Sequence record: DRR723986_1727
DNA: 39,759 nucleotides
Reading direction: 5' to 3' (one strand)
The notes beneath the pieces were generated by a model, which saw only the letters and a list, made by a program, of their open reading frames with translations, had not been told where the DNA came from and did no database searches. A program made the position numbers and the translations under genes. Below, in pieces: positions 22,036 to 30,856 of the stretch. Numbering within the stretch: position 1 is the stretch's first letter; every line of letters begins with the position of its first letter.

Positions 22036-23646
22036 TCAATGCACCTTCTGTCCGAGAGGCTTCCTGGTGTCCTGAGCGGCCATGGCGGGGAATTCGATAA
22101 TGAATTCCGTTCCCGACCCGACGCTGGAAGACACCGAGATGGTTCCGTTCAGGGCTTCGGTGACCAGCTGGTAACAAATCGCCATCCCTAAACCGGATCC
22201 TCCTTTGCCGAACTTCGTCGTGAAGAACGGCTCGAATACTTTTTTCAGATTCTTCTCCGGAATGCCTACACCGAAATCCTGGCATTTGAAGATAATCTTG
22301 CGTTCGTTCGAATTGTTTCGGCTCTTGTCCTTCGGGTGAACCACCTGGGAAGACAGCTTGATCAGACCTTCGCTGCGCCCCTCGTATCCGTGCTTGATGG
22401 CGTTTTCGACAAAATTCGAAACGAGCTGACTGACCGCGCCAGGATAGCTGTCGATGATTTCGTCCGCATGGAGATCAAGCTCGACCTTGAAAGGCGTTTT
22501 CTTGAGCGTCGGCTGCAGTGTTGCAAGAGTTTCACGAATGATGTGGTCGAAATTGAAGGACCGCTTCTTCTCGCTCTGCCTGTCGACAGCCACCTGACGA
22601 AAGTTCCCGACGAGCTCGCGGGCCCGGCCGAGTGTCTTCTCGATTATATGCGCGGTATCGGAAATACGTTCGACTTCGTTTTCCAAGGCTTCCTTGCTCA
22701 GTTTCTGCTCTTCAAGTTCGGTGCGCAAGTAACCGGTTGAGTCCTTGATGGTCGTGGCCGCCATCAACGCGTTTCCAAGAGGCGTGTTCAGCTCGTGCGA
22801 AACCCCGGCAACCAGCGCGCCAAGCGCGGCCAGATTATCTGCCTGGATAAGCTCTTCCTGCACCAACTTAAGCTGCTCCGTCCGGTGGGCGACCAAGTCC
22901 TCGAGATTAGTCTGGTACTCTTGAATTTTCTGCAAATCCAGATGCCGGCGCTGAACCATGGACTGGAGACTGGCGGCGAGAATACCGATTTCGTCCGCAC
23001 GGCCAGGCATCAGTTCGGCCTTGGGTGGATCTTCGATCAGGCGCGGCGTGGAAAGGTATTCCACGATTGCCGAAAGCGGTTGACCGATCAGACGGCGAAA
23101 GACCGTTCTGATGACGATGGCGAGCAACAGCAGATAGACGATGATCGCGGTGACGATGAACCCGACAGTCGAAACGATTTCATAGGAAATCGTGTTGCGG
23201 TCGATGAGAATGAACACCTGCCCGATTGCATCCTTGTGCAGGATGGTGCTGGGCGAATTGAGTGTGTAACTGAGAGCTTCGGCAGCGCGCGGCCCGGTAA
23301 CAGGTTCACCGAAATTGCCTGTGTCCGGTGTTTCAACCCAGACTTTCTCGACAACTTCGAGACTTTCCAACCCGCGGATGAGCTGCAGGGTCGCGTCCGC
23401 ATTGACTGTCCAGATGGCGCGTTCAAACGGGCGTTTGGTTGCCTGAAAGAAGGCCTCGGTCACACGAATGGCGCGTGCGTGAGAGGCGTCCCATGTGATC
23501 TTCGTGAGAATGCCGATGAATATGACGCCAAGAACAGCGAAAAGACCGAGTGTATAGAGAATGAATGTCCGGGACAGGCTGGAACGGCCCATCTCCTTGG
23601 GAGTATATGGCAACGACGTACTGCCGTTCAGTGTCAAGACGCCCAC
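22036..23646 (-). CDS. Membrane sensor histidine kinase (2 TM, HAMP, HisKA, HATPase)
   Basis: Two hydrophobic segments, DEIGILA HAMP-like stretch, H box VSHELNTPLG, N box NAIKHG, DFGVGI, FEPFFTTK, GGSGLGM. Start uncertain (GTG 23646 or ATG 23592). Confidence 0.92.
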   Translation of the reverse strand: MGVLTLNGSTSLPYTPKEMGRSSLSRTFILYTLGLFAVLGVIFIGILTKITWDASHARAIRVTEAFFQATKRPFERAIWTVNADATLQLIRGLESLEVVEKVWVETPDTGNFGEPVTGPRAAEALSYTLNSPSTILHKDAIGQVFILIDRNTISYEIVSTVGFIVTAIIVYLLLLAIVIRTVFRRLIGQPLSAIVEYLSTPRLIEDPPKAELMPGRADEIGILAASLQSMVQRRHLDLQKIQEYQTNLEDLVAHRTEQLKLVQEELIQADNLAALGALVAGVSHELNTPLGNALMAATTIKDSTGYLRTELEEQKLSKEALENEVERISDTAHIIEKTLGRARELVGNFRQVAVDRQSEKKRSFNFDHIIRETLATLQPTLKKTPFKVELDLHADEIIDSYPGAVSQLVSNFVENAIKHGYEGRSEGLIKLSSQVVHPKDKSRNNSNERKIIFKCQDFGVGIPEKNLKKVFEPFFTTKFGKGGSGLGMAICYQLVTEALNGTISVSSSVGSGTEFIIEFPAMAAQDTRKPLGQKVH

Positions 23647-24079
23647 CTCAATTCACGGTGTCCGTTCCAGCTCATAAAACTCCGGCAGAACGCCGTTTTA
23701 AATGGCTTCCAGTCAAGGACGAAAACCGAACCGCCTTTGCGGACCGTCTCTTCAATACTTGATTCACAGACACATCTATATTGCCCCTCGCCCCATCAAT
23801 GCGCCGCACAGCGGAGATCATGTGATTAGAGCGTCAGTGTGTCGTATATTCTGGGTAGGTTTTCTAAATTTTCCATAAAAATCAATTGTAAATTGAAAGA
23901 GCCTTCTTTCCACAGCAAAACAGATAGTCTTGCATCTACAAAAAACCTGAATTCGACGAATTAGAGCGGCATCGCATCATGCAATTGTCTCCGGCAAAAC
24001 TTTCATACCAGTCCGCTCGATCGTTGCCATTGCAAATTATTGTTCCTTGCAAGGTCTTCATATTCTGAGCTTATTCCGA

Positions 24080-24886
24080 TCAAGCATTTACCACTGACAA
24101 AAACGGCTTGTTGGTGGTGGTGCGGGTGTCAACCGGAACCTCTACAGCGTGTGCGGTTGCTGGCGAGGCCTGAACCTGACGCCGGGTGTCTGCAACCTTC
24201 TGCTTGGTGGCCGTGGCGTCTTTCAGCATGTAGCCGATGTAGCGCGTCGACTCGATTGCATCGTAGCCAAGCTTTTTCCGCAATTTCTTGCGCAGCTTGG
24301 AGATGTGGCTTTCCACGACACATTCATCCACGCCGTCGTTCATGACGCCGTAAACAGCATTGAAGATCTGTGTCTTGGTGACACGCCGTCCCTTGTTCTT
24401 GACGAGATATTCAAGAATGCGGCGTTCCCGGCGCGGCAGTTCCATGACGTCCCCACCGACGACTGGATCGCGACCGTCGAAGAAGACTTCGATGGCACCG
24501 GTGCCTGCTGAATTGTTCCGGGAAGTGATCCGGCGGCGGAAAGCTCCGACGCGGGCAATGATTTCCCGAACATGAACCGGCTTCTTCAGAACATCGTCCA
24601 TACCTGCGGAAAACAGGTCGAGCGTGCTCTCAAGGTTGGCGGTATCTTCCAGAGCCACGATCTGGGCTTCCGGACACCGGCTTCGGATCGATGCAACGTA
24701 GCCGCATCTTTCTTCACACTCTCCCAGAAGGATGGCGTCAACCGAGCCCAGATCCTGGGCACAGGTGATTTCCAGCCAGTCAAGAAGTTCCGATGGATGA
24801 AGTTCCAGGGAGGCATAGCCTTCCCGGTCGAATGCCGAGGCATAGCCTGCGGTCACTATCTCTCTCGAGTCTACGATTATGAACAT
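24080..24886 (-). CDS. OmpR-family flagellar transcriptional activator, Rem/FtcR/LafR-like
   Basis: MFIIVDSREIVTAGY...FDREG, TLDLFSAGMDDVLKKPVHVREIIAR, LPRRERRILEYL, VVESHISKLRKKLR, closely resembling rhizobial Rem/FtcR. Start set at ATG 24886. Confidence 0.85.
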   Translation of the reverse strand: MFIIVDSREIVTAGYASAFDREGYASLELHPSELLDWLEITCAQDLGSVDAILLGECEERCGYVASIRSRCPEAQIVALEDTANLESTLDLFSAGMDDVLKKPVHVREIIARVGAFRRRITSRNNSAGTGAIEVFFDGRDPVVGGDVMELPRRERRILEYLVKNKGRRVTKTQIFNAVYGVMNDGVDECVVESHISKLRKKLRKKLGYDAIESTRYIGYMLKDATATKQKVADTRRQVQASPATAHAVEVPVDTRTTTNKPFLSVVNA

Positions 24887-25124
24887 ATCAGCCCCTTGGA
24901 TTTTACCAATGTAGAATCCGTAATTTTGGAGCTTCACAAGGTCAACGTTTCTTCCCTAACTCGACAACTATTTCAGAATTTATAGTGGGGGAAGTTCTTA
25001 TATCCACATAGAAAACTAAATAAAAAATCACGGACATTACCAATAAACTGAGAGAAAAATTTATTAAAATGCCGGGGATCGCGTTTTTCCGCAATCCTTA
25101 ATAAGATGTAACACTGATATATAC

Positions 25125-25155
25125 AAAAATCGCCGCCAGACAAGGCGGCAATTTC
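25125..25155 (-). terminator. Rho-independent terminator after fliI
   Basis: GCCGCC/GGCGGC stem (25132-25137/25144-25149), extendable by AT pairs, followed by ATTTTTG on the minus strand. Confidence 0.65.
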
Positions 25156-25184
25156 GTATTTATACTAGAGATGTGGAAAATGGT

Positions 25185-26531
25185 TTACGTATCGGCAGCT
25201 AAAGCCTGAGCCAGGTCTGCGAAGGGATCGGAGGGGGCCACCTGGTCTGCGCGCTGTCTCAGCGCTTCGTAAATCTTGGGCACAAGTCTGCAGGCCTTTT
25301 CCAGTTTTTCGTCGCCCGCAGTCTGGAAACCGCCCATCAGGCGGAGATCCTTCGTATCTTCAAAGTAGGATATCAGCCCCTTGATCCGATGGATAAGTTC
25401 CTGCTGATCCTGTGTCCAGGCCCGGTCGGCAAGCCGCGAGGTGGATTTCAATACGCTGACCGGCGGATAGTGGCCGGCCTCGGCAATCTGACGATCCAGA
25501 ACGATGTGTCCGTCCAGAAGACCACGAATAGCATCGGAAACCGGATCGTTGTGGTCGTCACCGTCGACAAGAACGGAAAAGATCCCTGTGATTGATCCCT
25601 CGCCGCTGCTTCCAGGTCCGGCGCGTTCGATGAGGCGGGCAAGATCAGCAAAGACGCTTGGCGGAAACCCGCGGGCGACAGGAGGTTCCCCAGCCGCCAG
25701 AGCCACATCCCGTGCGGCATGGGCAAATCGGGTGGCGGAATCCAGAATGAGCAGCACCTTGTGACCTTGCGCACGAAAGTACTCGGCAACGCTCATGGCC
25801 GTCTTGGGGGCAAGCCGGCGCTGCATGGCGCTTTCATCGCCAGTCGAGGCGACAACAACGGAATGCGCCAAAGTCTCGCCCAGGATGTCATCAATGAACT
25901 CGCGCACTTCGCGGCCGCGTTCACCAACGAGACCGACCACCACCGTGTCAAAGTCCCCAAACCCGGCCAGCATGCCAAGAAGTGTGGATTTGCCAACGCC
26001 GGAACCAGCAAAAACGCCGACACGCTGTCCGACGCACAGTGGTGTGAACAGATCGATCACCCGCACACCGGTTCGAACGCCTTCGGAAATCTTGCTTCGG
26101 TTCATCGCCGGTGGTGGTGCGCGGTCAAGAAGAAACGCTTCCACACCATGGGCAAGCGGCCCTGCCCCATCAATCGGTTCGCCAAGTGCATTCACGATCC
26201 GGCCACGCCAGCTCATGTCCGGATGAATGGCAAGTCCGCCCATGACCGAAGCAACGCTGCCGATGCCAATGTCGGTCACGCGCTCCAATGGCTTGATTAC
26301 CACGTCCTTCTGGTCAAGCCGGATGATTTCGCCCTGCCGGATGCCGGCCCGCCCCTCGAACTGCACCAGATCGCCCAGGCAAACCACGCGGGAAAGACCG
26401 GAGACGCGAATGGATTCGGAAGAAACCTGGGTCACACGTCCGCTGAGTTTGACGGGCCCGATCTCAGTTTCCAGGGCCGACAAAGACGCGGAGATTTGAT
26501 CAAGTGCGTTCAGATACGGAGCGTTCGGCAT
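25185..26531 (-). CDS. fliI: Flagellar export ATPase FliI
   Basis: GQRVGVFAGSGVGKST, GERGREV, LILDSATRFAHA, GEPP, DGHIVLDR; flagellar context. Confidence 0.95.
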   Translation of the reverse strand: MPNAPYLNALDQISASLSALETEIGPVKLSGRVTQVSSESIRVSGLSRVVCLGDLVQFEGRAGIRQGEIIRLDQKDVVIKPLERVTDIGIGSVASVMGGLAIHPDMSWRGRIVNALGEPIDGAGPLAHGVEAFLLDRAPPPAMNRSKISEGVRTGVRVIDLFTPLCVGQRVGVFAGSGVGKSTLLGMLAGFGDFDTVVVGLVGERGREVREFIDDILGETLAHSVVVASTGDESAMQRRLAPKTAMSVAEYFRAQGHKVLLILDSATRFAHAARDVALAAGEPPVARGFPPSVFADLARLIERAGPGSSGEGSITGIFSVLVDGDDHNDPVSDAIRGLLDGHIVLDRQIAEAGHYPPVSVLKSTSRLADRAWTQDQQELIHRIKGLISYFEDTKDLRLMGGFQTAGDEKLEKACRLVPKIYEALRQRADQVAPSDPFADLAQALAADT

Positions 26532-27291
26532 GGCGTTCCTGAAGAGCTTTCAAGACATCGAGAGGCAGATGGTTGGATTTGTGCGAAGCCAGACGGTCAA
26601 GCCCCTGCTGGTCGGGCATTACCGGCCCCGATGGCGTGGCACTATCCGGCATGTCGAGATAGGAAACGGATGAGGCATTACCCGAAGAAGACTTGTCGGG
26701 TGATGTCATTGTTTCCCCATCCGGCCCGGGAGCCGCACCAGTGCTGTTGATGAGATCGACAAGAGCAGTTGGCGGAGCGCCCTTGCGACCAGCCGATGCC
26801 ACGGTTTCACCAAGTACGGCTGTGCCAGCAGCCTTATCGGCTTCCGTTGCAGTTGGCTCAACACCAGGCTTGCGCACTGGCACAGGAACATCGCTTGTGG
26901 GCGCCGGTTCGCCGGCAGGAGCCGCTTCCGCAACTTCGACGGGCTGTGCCGTGACTTTTTCTTGACTGCTGTTCAGGCGATCGCCGACTTCGTTATAGGC
27001 GAGCATGGCACCCAGCCCGACCGGCCCGCCGAGTGCGAACCCGTAAAGAGCATTGCCGGCCTTGCGAGCGTTGTCGGAAATCTCGTCGTTCGTCACCGAT
27101 CGATAGAGCTCCGCAATCCCCGGAATATGCTGCAAGGGATTGATCACGTCGATGAAGTCACCGAAGCTGAAGGCAGAGTTTTCAGCCTTGGACGAACCCC
27201 CGGGCCGCGCTGCCTTGACGGGCGAACCATCCATGACAGCATTGAGGTCCATCGGCTTGCCCACCGCCTGTGTTGCATCCACCGCCGTCAT
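26500..27291 (-). CDS. Hypothetical protein between flgF and fliI
   Basis: 263 aa ORF; ATGA overlap with the flgF stop and 32-bp overlap with the fliI start; ordered-looking core FGDFIDVINPLQHIPGI...GGPVG followed by an A/P/T/S-rich linker. Confidence 0.75.
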   Translation of the reverse strand: MTAVDATQAVGKPMDLNAVMDGSPVKAARPGGSSKAENSAFSFGDFIDVINPLQHIPGIAELYRSVTNDEISDNARKAGNALYGFALGGPVGLGAMLAYNEVGDRLNSSQEKVTAQPVEVAEAAPAGEPAPTSDVPVPVRKPGVEPTATEADKAAGTAVLGETVASAGRKGAPPTALVDLINSTGAAPGPDGETMTSPDKSSSGNASSVSYLDMPDSATPSGPVMPDQQGLDRLASHKSNHLPLDVLKALQERHAERSVSERT

Positions 27292-28019
27292 GAGGTTGCC
27301 CCCAGTTCGCGAATGGCCTTCTCCTGGCTTTCGTTACTGGTATCGATCATCTTCGTCGCGCTCTCAAAGGCGCGCGAGATCATGATCATCTTGGTCATTT
27401 CCCGGACGGGATTGATATTCGAGCCTTCGACATATCCCTGGCGAACGCCATTTGTGTCATAGGTCTGCACGGGAATAACCGGCTTGTCGGGAATGACCGC
27501 CGAGTTTTCAGCACGCGTGAGCTGGGCATCGTCGGGGATCAGGAACAGACCGACCTGGCCGACAATTCCAACGTCGCCCTGGGAAATCTCGCCCGACTGC
27601 GTGATCAAGGGTGTCCCGGCATCCGGATCAAGTGCAATCGGCTGCCCGCCTGCTCCCAGGATCTGTTGTCCGGTCAAGGTACGCAAGGTTCCGTCATTGC
27701 CGATCTGCAAGCGCCCGTCCCGTGTATAGGACAAGTTGCCGTTGACATCGCGGATTGCAAACCAGGCTTCGCCTTCCACTGCGAGATCAAGCGGATTGTC
27801 GGTCTTGTTCAGACTGCCGTACTGCCGGGAAATGTATTTCTCGCCACCGGTGGAGAAACTGACCTTGTCCTGAGCTGCCTTGGAAACGAGCTCTGCGAAC
27901 TTGACCTCGTCTGCCCGGTAGCCGGCTGTGTTCATGTTGGCAACGTTTCTGGCAACCGTTTCCAGACGGTTCGAAAGTGCAACCTGCGCAGACAGCGCAA
28001 CATAAAGAGCGGATTCCAT
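27288..28019 (-). CDS. flgF: Flagellar basal-body rod protein FlgF
   Basis: VARNVANMNTAGY, TDNPLDLAVEG, YTRDG, QGYVEGSNINPVREMTKMI..SRAFE. Confidence 0.92.
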   Translation of the reverse strand: MESALYVALSAQVALSNRLETVARNVANMNTAGYRADEVKFAELVSKAAQDKVSFSTGGEKYISRQYGSLNKTDNPLDLAVEGEAWFAIRDVNGNLSYTRDGRLQIGNDGTLRTLTGQQILGAGGQPIALDPDAGTPLITQSGEISQGDVGIVGQVGLFLIPDDAQLTRAENSAVIPDKPVIPVQTYDTNGVRQGYVEGSNINPVREMTKMIMISRAFESATKMIDTSNESQEKAIRELGATS

Positions 28020-28022
28020 GGA

Positions 28023-28811
28023 TCAAAAGCCTCCGAGGCGGAAATTCTGGATGCTTGCCAACAGTCCCTCGCCCATCTGGATAACCCCTCGGCCGTTGCC
28101 ATAAAGAGCTAGTGTTGGCGACATGTTGCCGGACGGGCCGTTGGAAAGGTCATAGAGAGCCGAAAACCGGTTGAGGAATTTCGCCAGGTAGTCCGCATCT
28201 CCGAACTTGTTGAAATCCAGACGTTCTTCCAGATAGGCTGCCTGCTTGTCGATGTCGGTCATCGCAAATTCTTGCGGCAGGCCAAGGGAAGTATAAACGG
28301 CCTCGGCAAGCGCGCGGTCGGCCAGAACATCGTACGCGTTGGTGATATCGGGCGCACGGCGTTCGAAGTAGAGTGCCAGACGGACACCCTGGTTTTGTTC
28401 ACCCTCGCGCACTTCCAGTGTCTGCCGATGATACTTCTGTACAATCGCGTCCTGCGTCCGGGCAAAAGAAGTCATCGTTTCGCCATAGCGCTTGAAATTG
28501 AAGGTTTCAGCAAAATTCTTGTACTTGGTGTCGGCCAACTGATTGGCGAAAGCGCCACGTTCGTCCGTGCCTTCTTCCAGCACTTTCCGAATAAATGCCT
28601 TCGCGTAGATCATGTCCTCCAGACCCATGGCAGTCATTGCGTAGTTGAAGATGCGATCATCAGCCAGGAATTCGTCGATGGACTTAATATTGCGGATGTT
28701 CTCGCGATAATATTCGGTCTGACGTTCGACCATAGGGTCCGCGGCGACCGTCTTCAGCGAGCGTTCCATATTGGTTCTGACCAGCTGAACCTGGCTCAAT
28801 GTATTGATCAT
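28023..28811 (-). CDS. DUF1217 family flagellar-associated protein
   Basis: YYRENI..IKSIDEFLAD.R...YAMTAMGLE...KAFIRKVL, GVRLALYFER; usual position upstream of flgF. Start set at ATG 28811. Confidence 0.85.
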   Translation of the reverse strand: MINTLSQVQLVRTNMERSLKTVAADPMVERQTEYYRENIRNIKSIDEFLADDRIFNYAMTAMGLEDMIYAKAFIRKVLEEGTDERGAFANQLADTKYKNFAETFNFKRYGETMTSFARTQDAIVQKYHRQTLEVREGEQNQGVRLALYFERRAPDITNAYDVLADRALAEAVYTSLGLPQEFAMTDIDKQAAYLEERLDFNKFGDADYLAKFLNRFSALYDLSNGPSGNMSPTLALYGNGRGVIQMGEGLLASIQNFRLGGF

Positions 28812-28856
28812 GGTTCTATCCCCATTGCGGGCCCATGGCGGGCAGGCTTTCGGGGA

Positions 28857-28889
28857 ACACTCACTCGCAAACCTTACGCCAGGCTGACG
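28857..28889 (-). promoter_or_regulatory. Candidate Rem/LafR-type promoter of the DUF1217-flgF-fliI operon
   Basis: Minus strand reads CGTCAG-cctgg-CGTAAG-N10-GAGTGT; same layout as the motifs at 28920 and 36879. Confidence 0.5.
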
Positions 28890-28919
28890 GCCGGAGATGA
28901 TTTTCAAAAGGCTTTCGCG

Positions 28920-28952
28920 CGTCAGCTTCAGGCAAGTCTCGGCCGGTAGCGT
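28920..28952 (+). promoter_or_regulatory. Candidate Rem/LafR-type promoter of the motA operon
   Basis: CGTCAG-cttca-GGCAAG-N10-TAGCGT. Confidence 0.5.
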
Positions 28953-28996
28953 CCTCCCAATCAGAGTTGCAATCCACACCAGTTGGGAGCTGTTAG

Positions 28997-29893
28997 GTGA
29001 CTATTCTTATCGGCCTGATCATAGCAGGCGCGTCCCTTATAGGCGGCTTTGCCGCACTCGGAGGCAAGGTCTCCGTCCTCTGGCAGCCGTGGGAGCTCGT
29101 CATTATTCTTGGCGTCGCTATCGGTGCTTTTGTCGTTGCCAATCCAATGAAGGTAATCAGGGGAACCCTGGTTGCCGTGTCGGATGCGCTGCGCAACGCA
29201 GTTCCCAACAAGCGGGAATATCTCGACGTTCTGGCACTTCTTTACGGCCTGATGCGTGAGCTTCGCGCCAAGGGCCGCAACCAGGTCGAGCCGCACATTG
29301 AAGACCCGAATACTTCTCCGATTTTCCAGAAGTATCCGTCGGTTCTGCGCAATGCCAGTCTGACAACCTTCATCTGCGACTATTTCCGACTGATCATTGT
29401 CGGAAATGCCCGCGCTCACGAAATCGAAGCGCTGGTCGACGAAGAACTTCACACCATCCACCGCGACCAGATGAAGCCGTACCATGCCATGAGCAGCATC
29501 GCTGATGCATTGCCTGCCATCGGCATCATCGCGGCCGTGCTCGGTGTCATCAAGGCCATGGGCGCCATCGACCAGTCTCCTCAGCTGCTGGGCAGCCTGA
29601 TTGGCGCGGCACTCGTGGGCACGTTTGTCGGCATCTTCTTCTCCTACTCGCTGTTCGGCCCGATCGCCTCCAAGATCCGCAACGTCCGCGAGTCCCGCCT
29701 TCGTACCTACATCGTCGTCAAGCAGACCCTGCTTGCCTTCATGAACGGCGCCGATCCGCAGATCGCCCTTGAGCATGGCCGCAAGACCATCTCCGACTAC
29801 GACCGTCCAACCATCGACGAAGTTGAAAACGAGACGATGAGTGCCGGTGGCGCTGGTGCCGATAACGTCCAGGACCTGCAGGGAGCCGCCTAA
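28997..29893 (+). CDS. motA: Flagellar motor stator protein MotA
   Basis: LWQPWELVII, IEDP..SPIF..YP, FICDYFRLI, ADALPAIGIIAAVLG, ALVGTFVGI, ALEHGRK; GTG start after GGGAG. Confidence 0.95.
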   Translation: MTILIGLIIAGASLIGGFAALGGKVSVLWQPWELVIILGVAIGAFVVANPMKVIRGTLVAVSDALRNAVPNKREYLDVLALLYGLMRELRAKGRNQVEPHIEDPNTSPIFQKYPSVLRNASLTTFICDYFRLIIVGNARAHEIEALVDEELHTIHRDQMKPYHAMSSIADALPAIGIIAAVLGVIKAMGAIDQSPQLLGSLIGAALVGTFVGIFFSYSLFGPIASKIRNVRESRLRTYIVVKQTLLAFMNGADPQIALEHGRKTISDYDRPTIDEVENETMSAGGAGADNVQDLQGAA

Positions 29894-29896
29894 GCC

Positions 29897-30856
29897 ATGA
29901 TCGAAGCAGCGACCGCAAGCTCCAATGCTTCCAGCTCCGAACGCGCGATGATCGCCGACAGACTGCTGGATGCCGCCGGAATTTCCGTTGACCGCCTGCC
30001 GATGCTTCCGGTGGTGTTCGACCGCATGGCCCGCCTGATGGCCGACGCCATGCGCCAGAAGTCCCCCTCACCGTCCTACATTTCGGTGAGCTACGTTGAA
30101 AACAACCGCATCGGCGACGTACTCGACGAGTTCGAATCCAATGCTCTGGTGGCCGTGCTTTATTCTCCGGAATGGGACGCCCGTGTACTCGTCGGCTTCG
30201 ACCGGGACTTCATCTTCACACTGGTGGATGTCCTCTTTGGTGCTGACGGGACCGAGCCTCCCATCGACGACGAACGCCCCTTCTCGAACATCGAAACGCG
30301 GATCGCGCGCACCATGTTCGAGGTAGCTGCCAAGGCACTGGCCGAAAGCTTTGCCCCGATTGCAGAAACAACGCTGAAGATCGAGCGCATCGAAAGCCGC
30401 ATGGACTTTGCGGTGGTTGGCCGGCGGAACAACCCGGCCGTGGTGGCCCGCCTGCTGCAACAGGCAATCGGGCGCGGCGGCGAAGTTTTCATCGTCATGC
30501 CGCACTCGACACTCAACCCGCTGCGGCAGCGCCTTTCCCAGGTTCTGTCCGGCGAGATGTCGAGCCGCGACAAACAGTGGACCCAGCATTTCCACAACGA
30601 GATCCAGCGCACCGAAGTCAAGCTGGAAGCCATTCTCGAAGAACGTGAAATGTCGCTCGGCGACCTTGCAAACCTCCGGGTCGGACAGGTCATCGAACTT
30701 CAGGCGACAGCCCGCTCTCCGGTCACACTCGCCTGCAACGACCAGCCCGTCTTCACCTGCCAGCTTGGACAGTTGAACGGATCCTACACGTTGCAGATCG
30801 AAGAGCTCATCCATGAGGAAGAAAAGGATCTGTTCGATGATCTCCGCAATCGTTGA
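29897..30856 (+). CDS. fliM: Flagellar motor switch protein FliM
   Basis: RLPML.VVFDR, RPFSNIE, C-terminal SpoA-like domain (LGDLANLRVGQVIEL); follows motA. Confidence 0.88.
   Translation: MIEAATASSNASSSERAMIADRLLDAAGISVDRLPMLPVVFDRMARLMADAMRQKSPSPSYISVSYVENNRIGDVLDEFESNALVAVLYSPEWDARVLVGFDRDFIFTLVDVLFGADGTEPPIDDERPFSNIETRIARTMFEVAAKALAESFAPIAETTLKIERIESRMDFAVVGRRNNPAVVARLLQQAIGRGGEVFIVMPHSTLNPLRQRLSQVLSGEMSSRDKQWTQHFHNEIQRTEVKLEAILEEREMSLGDLANLRVGQVIELQATARSPVTLACNDQPVFTCQLGQLNGSYTLQIEELIHEEEKDLFDDLRNR

Noticed and set aside
22795..23829. 344-aa plus-strand ORF opposite the kinase
   Set aside because: Antisense shadow with no recognisable domain.
23647..24079. c-di-GMP riboswitch upstream of the kinase-PDE pair
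   Set aside because: I could not find the conserved tetraloop/receptor and GCAAA elements in the right arrangement on the minus strand; an Infernal scan would settle it.
25098..25113. Possible CtrA box upstream of the regulator (TTAA-taagat-GTAAC)
   Set aside because: Spacing is one base short of TTAA-N7-TTAA and the second half-site is imperfect; likely chance in AT-rich DNA.
28997..29893. motA without adjacent motB as a defective stator locus
   Set aside because: motA and motB are separated in rhizobial-type clusters, and the cluster continues beyond the window.
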